NCBI GenBank assembly: GCA_964016885.1
Contig: OZ024745.1
Span: forward strand, 21,266,001-21,330,000
DNA length: 64,000 nt
Direction: 5' to 3'
DNA from: Eledone cirrhosa
Taxonomy: Eukaryota
Position numbers and translations under genes: made by a program. Under the pieces are notes generated by a model. That model did no database searches. It had not been told where the DNA came from and saw only the letters and a program-made list of their open reading frames with translations. Below, piece by piece: positions 13,649 to 27,278 of this stretch. Position 1 is the stretch's first letter. Each line of letters starts with the position of its first letter.

Positions 13649-14031
13649 GGTGTCGCGAAGTTATCGTAATTTTGTTGTGGTATAGGTTGTTGTTGCTATT
13701 GTTGTTGTAGCTGTTTAGCCACAGGTCAGCCCTGATCCAGTAGAATTGTTGAGACATTCCAGCCATGACCATTCAACCGATTGCTTCTACGTGCAAAGGT
13801 CCCTGAACTACATTACACAGTCCACCCTCTTTAATGACGGTGTGGTGTAATTTGAGGGAGATTTGACTTCTATTTCTAGCAAGTGAAGCGACCACGTAGA
13901 GGCGTCCTTACTATTTCGTTGTGGTATAGGTGGTTGTTAGTAGTGGTAGTGTATGGTCGTTGTTCTGGTGACGTCGCGTTATTGGTGTCATAGTAATGGT
14001 AGGCACATTACTATTGACGCTCATAGTAGTT

Positions 14032-14093
<62 letters not shown>

Positions 14094-14330
14094 TGTTGTT
14101 GTTGATGTTGCTATTGTTATTGCTATTGTTGCTATCATGGTGGTGGTAGAAACGGTGATGGTAACAGCAGTAATATGGAAATAGCGGTAGTAGTGATGGT
14201 GGCGGAGTGGAGGAGGGTGAAATGGTGATGGTGACAACGGTGAAGGTGAAGGTGAAGGTGGTGGTGGAGAGGGTGGAGGTGGTGGTGGTAGAGGAAGGTG
14301 ACATGGTGGTGGTGGTGGTGTTAGCTGGCC
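11150..14330. repeat. GGT/AGT/GTT trinucleotide low-complexity block with 60-120-bp minisatellite units
   Basis: Repeated TTTGTAGATAAAGGAGATAG (11180-11600) and GGCGGCGGTAATACGCTGGTGACGGTGG (12440-12880). Confidence 0.9.
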
Positions 14331-14441
14331 GTGCATGATCGATGCGACACCGTCGTTACTAGTCACCATCATCGTTGCAACACGCCATTATCGTGTGACA
14401 CGACCCACACATATATATATAAATATATGTATACATATATA

Positions 14442-14486
<45 letters not shown>

Positions 14487-14984
14487 CATATATATATGTA
14501 TACATATATATATATATAAATATATATAAATATATTTGTTTATATATATATATATATGTGTATGTATGTGTGTATGTCCATCAATAATATGCGTATATAT
14601 ATGTGTATGTATTATATATATATATATACATACCACACATATATTATATACAGGAATATATACATTTCTTTCTCTTTGTCTATATATATGTATATATGTA
14701 TATATATATATATGTAAATATATATATATATATATATATACATGTAAATACATGTCTATATATATATATATACATATATATAAAACTGTGTGTGTGTGTG
14801 TGAGAAAGACTATATGTATATGCATTTATAAAATTATATGTAAGTGACTATATATATATATATATATATACATATATTCACATATATATATATATATATA
14901 TATACATACAAAACTCTATGTATATATGTGTATAACTATATATATATATATATATATTCAAAACTGTATATATGAATGTAACTA

Positions 14985-15027
<43 letters not shown>

Positions 15028-15376
15028 ACACACATATAGATTTACAAACATAATCATCTAGTGACACCTACATACACACACATTTCACCGTCACCTTTGC
15101 CACGCTACCCAACCAACAGCACCACCAACACCACCAGCAGCAGTGCTTCCACCTTTAACCCCGTCATCACAGCCGCTTCCACTAGCAGTCCTCCCACACC
15201 CACAAACACCTCCACCACCACCCACATCTACCAGTCACATTGCTGTCACCTTTAGCCTGCAGCCAGCGCCACCTACACCACCGTCATACCCACGGCCGCC
15301 ATTACTTCGCTCGTAACCGCTGACACCTTTTACACCAGCACCACCACCACCACCACCACCATCGTCTGCACTACCG

Positions 15377-15414
<38 letters not shown>

Positions 15415-15639
15415 TTTACCACAAGCCAGCATCGTTACCAGCGCTTCCATCACTGCCGCCAACGTCGCTAGCTTCTCCAACACCGCCACTAGATGTCAGC
15501 AGCAGCAACAGAAACGTGTCAGCCACATAAGCTGGAAAGGAGACAGTTTATCGCCTCTCACCTCTTAACTCCACCCCTCTCCCTTCTCCTCCCTCCCTCA
15601 ACCAACCCTTACACACACAAACACACGCATAGAAACAGA

Positions 15640-15945
15640 TACGCATAAACACATAAACAAATACGTACATACACATACGTGCACACAAACTTCCCTTACT
15701 ACACACACACTCTCTCAAAAACGTACACATCCACACATATACGTAGATACGTGTACACAAACTTCCTTTACTATACACACTCTCTCACAAAGATACACAT
15801 CTACACATATGCATAGATACGTGCACATAAACCTCCTTTACTATACACACTCTCACACAAACGTACACATCCACACATATACATAGATATGTCCACACAA
15901 ACTTCCTTCACTGTACACACACTCACACAAACGTACACATCCACA
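15640..15945. repeat. About 68-70-bp minisatellite (4-5 units)
   Basis: ACGTACACATCCACACATATAC(G/A)TAGATACGTG(T/C)ACACAAACTTCCTTTACTATACACACTCTC repeated. Confidence 0.85.
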
Positions 15946-17055
15946 CATACACACCACTCAGTACATTCTTCCTCCTTGTATATATACTCCCCTTCCTCAG
16001 CCCTCCTCTACCCACTTCTTTCTCTCGCAACCTTCTCTTTTTATCTTCTACCACCGTCGATTCCTCCCCTCTCCCTCCTTCAATGCCGTCGCCGTCGCCG
16101 TTATCCAGCATTTATAATACGCAGACTCGCACATACACATACACATACACATACATATACACATACACATACACATATATATACACATACACATGCACAT
16201 ACATACATATACACATACACATACACATACATATACACATACACATGCACATGCACATACATATACACATACACATACACATACATATACACATACACAT
16301 ACACGTACATATACACATACATATATACACATACACATACATACATACATATACACATACACACATACATATACACATACATACACGACCGCAACGCATG
16401 CACACATACGTACACACACCATACACATACGCTGAAGAGAGATATTCGCACAAAGATATGCACATATAAAATTACATTTATAGATACGCATAAACACACA
16501 CATACATAAACATACACACACACATACACAAATACATACACATACATATATACATACATACATAGTCTCGAAAGAATATGTGATGTGTATATACACAAAC
16601 CTATTCTATATACAGAATCAACTCATACACACGCACACACGCACATATATATAGGTATATACACATACGCATATAAAGACAACACTATCACTGTGATAAA
16701 ACATATGCACACATTCATACGCGTATGTATGTATACATATATGTGTTTATGTATGTATGTGTATATATGTATGTGTGTGTATATATATATATATATGCAT
16801 GTGTATATGTATGTAGGTATGTATGTTCATATATATTTACATACATATATATATGCATGTGTATATATATGTAGGTATGTATGTTTATATATATTTACAT
16901 ACATATATATATATATGCATGTGTATATGTATGTAGGTATGTATGTTCATATATTTACATACATATACATATGCATGTGTATATGTATGTAGGTATGTAT
17001 GTTATATATATTTATATACATTTATATATCACATCATATGTACACACACACACGC

Positions 17056-17113
<58 letters not shown>

Positions 17114-17280
17114 AACAGTCGAGCTACATACATGTAAGTATATACATATATACAGAACTGAGTCGATTAGCTCAGTATACGCAGACATAACCACATATAG
17201 ACATACATACACATACACACACACTCACATACACACACACATACAAATAATGATCATAAACCATTTACAGTCTCACGGCT

Positions 17281-17366
<86 letters not shown>

Positions 17367-17391
17367 CGATATACAATACTGTATGTAAATT

Positions 17392-17422
<31 letters not shown>

Positions 17423-17432
17423 GTCTCTCTCT

Positions 17433-17625
<193 letters not shown>

Positions 17626-17632
17626 GTGTATT

Positions 17633-17672
<40 letters not shown>

Positions 17673-18181
17673 AACACATATATATATATATATAAACACA
17701 TAGAGAACATATAGACGCCATTATAACGAACTCACATCACACATAGACACACATACACACATACACACATACACACACGTCTACACACATCTACACACAC
17801 TACCCCTCTCCCACCCTACGTTAAATCGATTAGTATTACGTGTCTGTGTCTTCAAAATAACTCCCCTTCCCCCCTCTCACTTACCTACATACACTTTCTC
17901 TCTCTTTCTCATACACATTCTTTCACTCTATCATTTTCTACCCCCTCTCTCTCTCTCTCATATACATTCACTTGTGCCTTAAGAATAAACACTTCTCTCC
18001 CTCTTTTTTTTTCTCTCCCTCTCTCACGCACATTTATTTATTCTCATTTCTCTCTCTCTCTCTCGCCTTCTCTCTCTTTCACTCTCTTAATCTCACATCT
18101 ACATTCACAATTCTCTCTAACTCTCATTACTTTCTCTCCCCCTCTCTATCTCATTTCTTTCTCTCCCTCTCTCCTTCTCTT

Positions 18182-18212
<31 letters not shown>

Positions 18213-18228
18213 CTATCTACCTATCTAC

Positions 18229-18306
<78 letters not shown>

Positions 18307-18774
18307 CAAAGGAATTGTGGTAAGGAACCAGATGGACCATAACGCACCAGAGTACTCAATACTTAGGGTAGTAGAGTGGGAAATAGGAAAAACACTGCTG
18401 TTAATTATAATTTCTCTTCCTTCTCGTTCTCTTTTCACTTCACATTCAATCCCCTCACCCCCACCCATTCTCACTAGGTTTGAATTTACAAACAAGAGGA
18501 AGAAGTACTCAATACTGAAATAGAGTGAAATTAAGTACTGAAAATACTCTCCATTTTTAGTTGGAGCTTTTTAATTCACCGTTGCATGATCAGTGAGGAA
18601 TCGTGAAGTCCTGAATAGTAGCAAATGATATATATATATATATATATATATATATTCTCCATATATATATATATAGTAATAATAATAAATTTGAAGAATA
18701 AAATCCAAAGAGGGCTCGATAAGGATAAATATATATCAAATATATAAGAACCGTTTAATCTGTTATTTTAATAA

Positions 18775-18866
<92 letters not shown>

Positions 18867-19015
18867 CGTAAAACAAGAAAATTATAAAATTAACTTACTT
18901 ACTAAAATTTCACTCATATATATATATATATATGATGGTTGGAAAATCACTGACGAAGGACTATTTTTATCATATGTAACCCATGTGCAACCACGCAGTA
19001 TTCTTCTTTCTTCTC

Positions 19016-19103
<88 letters not shown>

Positions 19104-19234
19104 GAGGTTATATTTAATTTGTTGGGATTCAACAAGCTTTAAAATGTTTATAACTGATATAAAGCACTCAACAGAAAGTGGAGTAAATACACAATATATT
19201 AATAAATGGAAACTATATTTATTAAACCATATTT

Positions 19235-19298
19235 ATTTTATTATACATATTTCAAGGGCAACCAAGGCAAATTATGGTGCGCTTTCATCAGATAAAAT
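19235..19298 (-). ncRNA. Type I hammerhead ribozyme (family 1, third copy)
   Basis: Reverse complement ATTTTAT-CTGATGA-AAGCGCACCA..TGGTTGCCCTT-GAAA-TATGTA-TA-ATAAAAT. Stem I is fully Watson-Crick. Confidence 0.7.
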
Positions 19299-19370
19299 AC
19301 AAATTTGTTTTATAAATAAATATTGACATACTCGGAAAAAAAAAGACAACCTTAACGGTTGGGGCTTCCT

Positions 19371-19435
<65 letters not shown>

Positions 19436-19554
19436 GTATAATAAACACTACAATTATATTGTATTGTTTATTATACATAAAATTTAGCTCTGGTACTTAC
19501 ATAGAGAACTCTTCACTTCTATGACTTTTTCAATTTTCAACGGAAACTTCAATA

Positions 19555-19621
<67 letters not shown>

Positions 19622-19639
19622 TCATTCATCATTTCATTT

Positions 19640-19960
19640 TACGTCCGCTTTATCCCTGCTTGCAAGGGTGGGACGGGAACTGATGCTGGCTTGATTTCTA
19701 CAGCTGGATGCCCTTCCTAACACCAACCTCATTTACAGTGAGTGCTGGGTGCTTTTTTGCCGTGGCACCTCCACGACCACTTTGCAGTGGAATGATAGGG
19801 ACCCCAGTCCCCATCACCTCATTTCTACAGCTGAGTAAACTGGAGCAATGTGAAATAAAGTGTCTTGCTCAAGGAAACAACACATCACCCAGTCTGAGAA
19901 TTGAACTCACAACCTTTCGATTGTAAGGCCAACGCTCTAACCACTAAGCCATGTGCCTCC
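19640..19960 (-). mobile_element. SINE family B with 3' tail
   Basis: Reverse complement GGCACATGGCTTAGTGGTTAGAGCG (A-box)..GTGAGTTCAATTC (B-box)..CCTTGAGCAAGACACTTTATTTCAC. Confidence 0.85.
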
Positions 19961-20054
19961 ATATATATATATGGAGAATAGGATTGGCTGTGTAGTTGTT
20001 ATTTAAGGTTTTAAGGTAGTGAAATGGAGTGAGAATAAGAAGAAAGCAAGAACG

Positions 20055-20115
<61 letters not shown>

Positions 20116-20416
20116 TCTGTGTGTGTGTGTGTGTGTGTGGATAGTACAGAGAAATACTGGTGTTAGTACGAAATCAAGCACTCTGTGCACAGGCAGAGTG
20201 TATATAATAGAAAAAAACGAGGAAGTTTCGTTTACATATGAAAAATAATTTTTGCATCTGAACTGTTACGCGCGTTTCGTAGACGATTGGCTCAAGGTAA
20301 CCCATAAAATAGATGTTTGTCACATCACTAGTCTGACGATCAGATCGATACAAAGCAAACGACACAGTACAAGGGAAAATTGTATTAGTTTAACGCTTGA
20401 AATAAGAGGAAAAGAA

Positions 20417-20452
20417 TATTAACATTTCGGACAATTGCCCTTCATCAGAAGA
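20417..20452 (-). ncRNA. Minimal hammerhead (family 2), degenerate
   Basis: Reverse complement TCTT-CTGATGA-A-GGGC AATT GTCC-GAAA-TG-TT-AATA. Confidence 0.6.
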
Positions 20453-20638
20453 TAGAATAAGAAATAAAAGATGCAATAGAAACATAGAGCGTGTGAAGAG
20501 AACAAAAAATATGAAAGAAAACACACGTGCATATTCAGTCAGTGTGTGCATCACGGTGAAATGAACAAGTCAGCTCTTTCTCGAAGGAATCTTTTCCGTT
20601 TCTACTCCTGCTCACTTTTCATTATCTTTCTATTTCTT

Positions 20639-20824
20639 AAGGGGCGGTGGATTGGCAGTATCGGTAGAGGGTCGGACGCCATGCTTTGACTCTTAGAGTT
20701 ATGGCCCTTGCCATTCTGACTTCAAATCCCGCCGAGGTTAACTTTGTCTTTCATCCTTATAATATAAAATAAAGTACCAGTAATGCACTGGGTAATTGCT
20801 GGCCTTTTGCCAAAAGTAGAAACA
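20639..20824 (+). mobile_element. SINE family A with 18-bp TSD
   Basis: ATTATCTTTCTATTTCTT at 20621-20638 and 20825-20842. Confidence 0.92.
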
Positions 20825-20860
20825 ATTATCTTTCTATTTCTTTTGTAATTTCTCATTCTA

Positions 20861-20896
20861 TTTTCTGATGAAGGATTACCATCCGAAACGTTAAGA
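20861..20896 (+). ncRNA. Minimal hammerhead (family 2)
   Basis: TTTT-CTGATGA-A-GGAT TACC ATCC-GAAA-CG-TT-AAGA. Confidence 0.7.
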
Positions 20897-21138
20897 CCTT
20901 TTCAACTATATTAAGCATGAAACTACTATATATCTTCATTGTAGTTCATCTGTTGTGTTTTTCAGTTTACTTTTCACACAAACATTACAAAAAGTACTCA
21001 ATACCGAAATAGAATTTGATTGTATTTATTGCTTCATGAGACGTGATTCTTGTCTGATGGTCCTGTGAGTGCACAGGTGAAAGGCCAGAGGAACGAGGTT
21101 CACCACATATCGATAATAAATAAATACCCCCCCCCCCC

Positions 21139-21209
<71 letters not shown>

Positions 21210-22289
21210 ATCATCTGAAAACAACAAGCAAGGGAGACAATTCTGACAACAACGAAGTGATTCAAAGTTTAAAAAGCGGTAAGCATTGAATCTTACATGA
21301 TAACCAACTCATGAATGCAACAGATGCCTCGATCTTGCGAGATCTCATCGGAGATGCATATTCAACCACAGCTGGCTCAACTTTGAATGATCAAACTTAG
21401 AGATATAGGAAAGGAAGAAGAGAAAGCACACCGATTGCCGATTGCGGATTGTGGATTTTGTAAAGATGGAATGATAGGAGTGTCGCCTGAAACGTGGTGA
21501 GACTTGGACATTTCAAACCTGATGGACCCCATCCCATTCCAGGTTGTAACCAATGTCCTTTAGAGAACAAATAAAAAAAAAGTGGGATGGAAAGAGAATC
21601 GATCCCAATACTATACTGGTATAATATTTATCGATAAAATAAAGTACCAGTAATACACTGGGATAATTGCTGGCCTTGTGCCAAAAGTAGAAACAATTAT
21701 ATTTATCGACCTCGAAAGGTTGAAAGGCAAAATTGATCACGGTGGAATATGAGTACAGATATTCGTCAGCGGAATACGTTGCGTTTTACTTCATTATGAA
21801 TTTATTCTTAATCTTATGAAATCCAAATACCGGGATCCGATCACTTCTTTTTATGCTTATCATCGTCTTGATCTCTGGTGTCATCGGACCCTGAATTGTC
21901 GCTTTCCTCTGGAAAACTAGAAAGAATACATCCCACCTGAAATAGGAGCCCCACGCAGTGGAGAGGCTGATGCAGAGTGTCTCGCTGGCTGATTTTTGTG
22001 GTAATGGTCTCACCATGTTATCCAGGGTGTGCATCTGAGATATGCCCCATAGACAGAGGTGTAGGATCTACCCCTCCGTTCTCGTTTTCCTATTACCTTC
22101 ATTTTTGTTGTTGTTGTTTTTCCCGTTTCTTTTGCGAACTATTTATGTAAATAAAATAGATTCTACTCTGGGCAAGTCATTCAGTTATACTCAATATGTA
22201 CGAGATCATCTTGAGAGGGTTGTGAGGACACACACGTCCGATACGCATTACAGTGGCTTCTATCAGAAGAATTCATCTGCAAATGATTC

Positions 22290-22560
22290 GTATTGATCCC
22301 CAATCGAAACCAACCTAGTTTATGGATTTTATTCAAACATCTTGTTTGTGATCTAGATCTGGGTCTCCTCTTGTCGGCTGGCTTTGTCCATAAAATCTGT
22401 CCAAGGTTCCGGAGCTGTGACCCCTTGATGCGGAGAAGTAGCCGCTTTTCCTGCAACGACTCTCTAACCTCCCAGCCATGCATCCTAGTGAGTAACATTA
22501 CATGAAATACTCTACAGTAAAACATAATTTCGGCCGCAGCCAATCAAATAACGTTGTTCT
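22290..22560 (-). mobile_element. RTE/Expander-like LINE 3' fragment
   Basis: ORF 22181-22543(-) AAEIMFYCRVF..EVRESLQEKRLLLRIKGSQLRNLGQI..KRRPRSRSQTRCLNKIHKLGWFRLGI is homologous to 3232-3525. Confidence 0.75.
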
Positions 22561-22731
22561 TAAGAACCTTCGGAGGAATCACATTTTGCCCTGGGGTAAA
22601 ATATCAACCGTGGAAACAACTCAATAACTCGAAATCATATTTTCTGAAAATTAGTATGACAAACGTTTTCGTACACACACACATACACACACACGCACAC
22701 GCACGCACGCGCGCACGCACGCGCGCACACA

Positions 22732-22839
<108 letters not shown>

Positions 22840-22899
22840 TATTTCGTTTCTGAATTTGTTTAGCAAGATTCTTTATCTGAAAACGTGTGTTGAAACCGA

Positions 22900-23330
22900 T
22901 ATTGTTATACTTTAGGAGGGTCATGTTGCCAATAAGAAACACACGCACCAGTTGCTTTCACTCCAATTTATTATAAATTAAATTTATAAATTTAAGAATT
23001 TATAAATTTCTGGTTAGTTGGTTGGTTCCACAACCAGACGATTGTTCATATATTGTCAAAGTTCTTTCGTCACACATTCTGTGACCTCTTCAGTGACTGG
23101 GGATTATTTTCTTTGTTTTTGTGCCTCTTCTTTGTTCTGTCCTACGCCATCTTGTCTTTTAAGTGTGACGAAAGAACTCTGACAATATATGAACAACCGT
23201 CCGGTTATGGAACCAACCAACCAACCGGAAATTTATAAATTTATAAGTTTAATTTATAATAAATTGGAGTGAAAGCGACTGGTGGGTGTGTTTCTTATTG
23301 GCAACATGACCCTCCCAAATCATAACAATA
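22900..23330. mobile_element. Fold-back element (about 170-bp arms) with hammerhead (family 3)
   Basis: 22900-23075 pairs with 23162-23330. Related fragments at 33590-33665 and 53720-53940. Confidence 0.75.
23055..23097 (-). ncRNA. Minimal hammerhead (family 3)
   Basis: Reverse complement GTCA-CTGAAGA-G-GTCAC AGAATGT GTGAC-GAAA-GAAC-TT-TGAC. Confidence 0.65.
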
Positions 23331-23345
23331 TATATATATATATAC

Positions 23346-23407
<62 letters not shown>

Positions 23408-23620
23408 TAAAATAAAGTTTAAGCAAAGAATATTGTTCTCCACGCACCACATATGACGTATTATCTTCGATTTTTCCGTTCATTGCCAGAGAACGTCTCT
23501 ATGAACCATCTAAGAGAACATTTTTCTACGACTTCTTTTATACTATAAACGTGGTCCTGTCTTTGCGTGTAATTGTTTTTCACCTCTCCTATTAATGACG
23601 TATTATATTATATTCGTTTT

Positions 23621-23726
23621 CAAATCCCGTCGAGGTTAACTTTGCCTTTCATCCTTACGGGGTCGATAAAATAAAGTACCAGTAATACACTAAGTAATTG
23701 CTGGCCTTGTGCCTAACGTAGAAACA
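23621..23726 (+). mobile_element. 5'-truncated SINE family A with 14-bp TSD
   Basis: ATTATATTCGTTTT at 23607-23620 and 23727-23740. Confidence 0.85.
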
Positions 23727-23839
23727 ATTATATTCGTTTTTTCCCGTTCTTTGCCAGGGAACGTTTCCACGAACCAAAGTATCGTCTTCCTGTCTTCCTC
23801 CGGTTGCAACGTTTTTTGAAATATCCACTTCTGCGTTTA

Positions 23840-23914
23840 CAGATTGACTTTGTTAGTTTCAGAAGATCCCGTTAAGGGTGAAAGCAGCGATTCTTTGCTT
23901 AAACTTTAATCTGT
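23840..23914 (+). ncRNA. Type I hammerhead with CAGAAGA core (family 4)
   Basis: ACAGATTGA..AGTTT-CAGAAGA-TCCC GTTAA GGGT-GAAA-GCA GCGATTCTT TGC-TT-AAACT-TTAATCTGT, with a bulged extended stem I. Confidence 0.7.
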
Positions 23915-24018
23915 TATTTTAATAAATATTTGCTCTACGGTTCTTATATATTTGATATATATTTACCCTTATCGAGCCCTCTTTGGATTTTAGTCTTCAA
24001 ATTTATTATTATTGCTAT

Positions 24019-24202
24019 GCGGTGGATTGGCAGTATCGGTGGAGGGTCGGACGCCATGCTTTCCAGCATAGTTACGTCCCTTTACGATCTGAGTTCAAAT
24101 CCCGCCGAGGTTGACTTTGCCTTTCATCCTACGGGGTCGATAAAATAAAGTACCAGTAATGCACTGGGTAATTGCTGGCCTTGTGCCTAAAGTAGAAACA
24201 AT

Positions 24203-24204
<2 letters not shown>
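24019..24204 (+). mobile_element. SINE family A, full length
   Basis: Matches the family A consensus. Confidence 0.9.
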
Positions 24205-24231
<27 letters not shown>

Positions 24232-24247
<16 letters not shown>

Positions 24248-24729
24248 TGTATTTCTGTCTGTTTGTTTGTTCACTAACTACACCTATGGTTTTGGAGATA
24301 GACCCCCATAACCATATATGTTCTGAAACTACATTGCCCAGCGTACTTGGATAAGTATATTTCATTTTAATCAAAGGGTTCCCCGAGGGGCACAAAATTC
24401 CTGCTGAAAATGTTTTCCCTTCGATTTATATGAAATTTAAACCATAGGTAAATGACAAGATATGATGCCTATTCACAAAAGTTTTGGATTGATATTTTGA
24501 AAAAAATTATTTACAAGAAACAAAATATGAATAAGATTTAATAATGTAATTTTGATTTGATATATTACAAAAAATAATGTTTTCCAATTTTTCGTGCATT
24601 ACATTTTACATTGACTAATATTGAAATGCAGAGTTTTTCTCCATAAATTATATCACTGATTTAAAATCAATCATCATTTTCTTACAAAAACACGGTGTGA
24701 AATGCAGCAATGCACGGGTAATTCGGCTA

Positions 24730-24730
<1 letters not shown>
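24232..24730 (+). mobile_element. Probable non-autonomous Helitron
   Basis: 5' TATATAAAG followed by CTGT/TTGT micro-repeats. The 3' end has a small hairpin TGCAGCAATGCA, then CGGGTAATTCGG-CTAG|T, matching the Helitron CTRR terminus. Confidence 0.55.
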
Positions 24731-24775
<45 letters not shown>

Positions 24776-25146
24776 ATAAATTTTCTTTAGTTACTTGCCA
24801 AACTTGTACATGTCTGAGGTGCATATTGTTTACATTCCTTTCATTACATTGTGTTCCTGGAGTGCTTAAAATAACTAACTACACAACACACAACTCACAT
24901 ACACTCACACATACAACACACAACTCGCACATACACACACAATCACACACACATACACACACAATCACACACACATACACAAAATTAATTCCTTTTTTTA
25001 ATGTCACAGAATTCTTACATAAACACATAGATACATACACACACGCGCGCACGCACATACACACACATATACACACACAGACATACATACACACACACAT
25101 TGTTATTGTGTAGTTAATTGCTGGTCTTGTACCAAAAGTAAAAACA

Positions 25147-26142
25147 GTTATTAGGGTCTGTGTCACTAAAGAGAGAGATTATTAGGGACTGTGTGGCTAT
25201 AGAGAGGTTATTAGGGTCTGTGTGACTATAGAAAGATTATTAGGGACTGTGTGACTATAGAGACGTTATTAGGGACTGTGTGTGACTATAGAGATGTTAT
25301 TAGGGAATGTGTGACTATAGATACGTTATTAGGGTCTGTGTTTGACTATAGAGACGTTATTAGGGTCTGTGTGACTATAGAGACTTATTAGGGTCTGTGT
25401 GACTATAGAGAGGTTATTAGGGTCTGTGTGTGACTATAGAGACGTTATTAGGGTCTGTGTGACTTTAGAAAGATTATTAGGGACTGTGTGACTATAGAGA
25501 CATTATTAGGGACTGTGTGACTATAGAGAGATTATTAGGGACTGTGTGTGACTATAGAGACGTTATTAGGGAATGTGTGACTATAGATACGTTATTAGGG
25601 TCTGTGTTTGACTATAGAGACGTTATTAGGGTCTGTGTGACTATAGAGACTTATTAGGGTCTGTGTGACTATAGAGAGGTTATTAGGGTCTGTGTGTGAC
25701 TATAGAGACGTTATTAGGGTCTGTGTGACTATAGAGACGTTATTAGGGTCTGTGTGTGACTATAGAGACGTTATTAGGGTCTGTGTGACTATAGAAACGT
25801 TATTAGGGTATGTGTGACTATAGAGACTTTATTAGGGTCTGTGTGACTATAGAGAGGTTATTAGGGTCTGTGTGACTATAGAGACGTTATTAGGGTCTGT
25901 GTGACTATAGAGAGGTTATTAGGGTCTGTGTGACTATAGAGACTTTATTAGGGTCTGTGTGACTATAGAGAGGTTATTAGGGTCTGTGTGACTATAGAGA
26001 CGTTATTAGGGTCTGTGTGACTATAGAGACGTTATTAGGGTCTGTGTGACTATAGAGACGTTATTAGGGTCCCTGTGCGACTATAGAGACGTTGTTAGGG
26101 TCTGTGTGACTATAGAGACGTTATTAGGGTCTGTGTGACTAT
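25147..26142. repeat. 29-31-bp minisatellite containing TTAGGG (about 33 units)
   Basis: Unit GTTATTAGGGTCTGTGTGACTATAGAGAC. Confidence 0.95.
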
Positions 26143-26690
26143 ACGTTCCTTTATATTCTGAGTTCAAATCCCGGCCAGGTTAGTTTTGCTTCACATCCTT
26201 ATGGGATAGATAGAATAAAGTACCAGTAACGCACCTGGGTCGATATACTCACCCCACCCTCACACAAAATGTTAACCGTGTGCCTAAATCAGAAACCATT
26301 ATTAAGGGCAGGTTGATTAGAAGAATCGGTAGAGTGTCGCACAACATCCTTTGCGGCATAACGTTACGGTCCTTTTATGTTTTGAGTTCAATTCCCGCTA
26401 AAGTTAACTTTACCTTTCATCCTCATGGAGTCGATAAAACAAAGTACCAGTAATACACTGGGATTGATATAATCGATTCTCCCCTTCCCTTCAAATTGCT
26501 GTGGTTAAGGGTGGTAGATTGGCCGTATCGGTAGAGGGTCGGACGCCATGCTTTGTAGCACAGAGTTACGCCCCTTTATGATCTGAGTTCAAAACCCGCC
26601 GAGGTTAACTTTGCCTTTCATTGATAAAATAAAGTACCAGTAATACACTGGGATAATTGCTGGCCTTGTGCCAAAAGTAGAAATAATTAT
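26143..26690 (+). mobile_element. Three head-to-tail SINE family A copies
   Basis: GAGTTCAA B-box plus AAAGTACCAGTAA domain at about 26160, 26384 and 26585. Confidence 0.8.
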
Positions 26691-27142
26691 TACATGTATG
26701 TTGAACATAAAAGTAATTATTTGTTTCTATAATTAAAACTAGAGTCTCCGTTGGTTTCGACGATGATTGTTTCAGTTGTTAAAACAAGAGAACAAACCGT
26801 TCTTAAAATTAACGTGGTTGAGCTTTCCACAGACGCATAGTTCTCAGGGAGATTCAGTGTTATACAGTTTGTGACAAGGCTGGACTTTGAACTTACAGGT
26901 GCAACACATTTTTGCTAGCTGAGTAGACTGAAACAACATAAAATTGAATATCTTGCTCAAGAACACGAGGCACCACCACCGTGTATCGAACTTACAACCT
27001 TATAATCCAACTGTCATATCCTGAATGTTTGGCTATGTTCGCAACTACAGAAACACCTAAAACATTTAGCAACAGCTTGTGAGAAAGAAAGGAACACTCC
27101 GATGACTCCCCCCTCTCTCTCCCTCCCTCTGACTCTCTCTCC

Positions 27143-27209
<67 letters not shown>

Positions 27210-27239
27210 TCTCTATCTCTCTATCTATCTCACTCTCAT

Positions 27240-27278
<39 letters not shown>

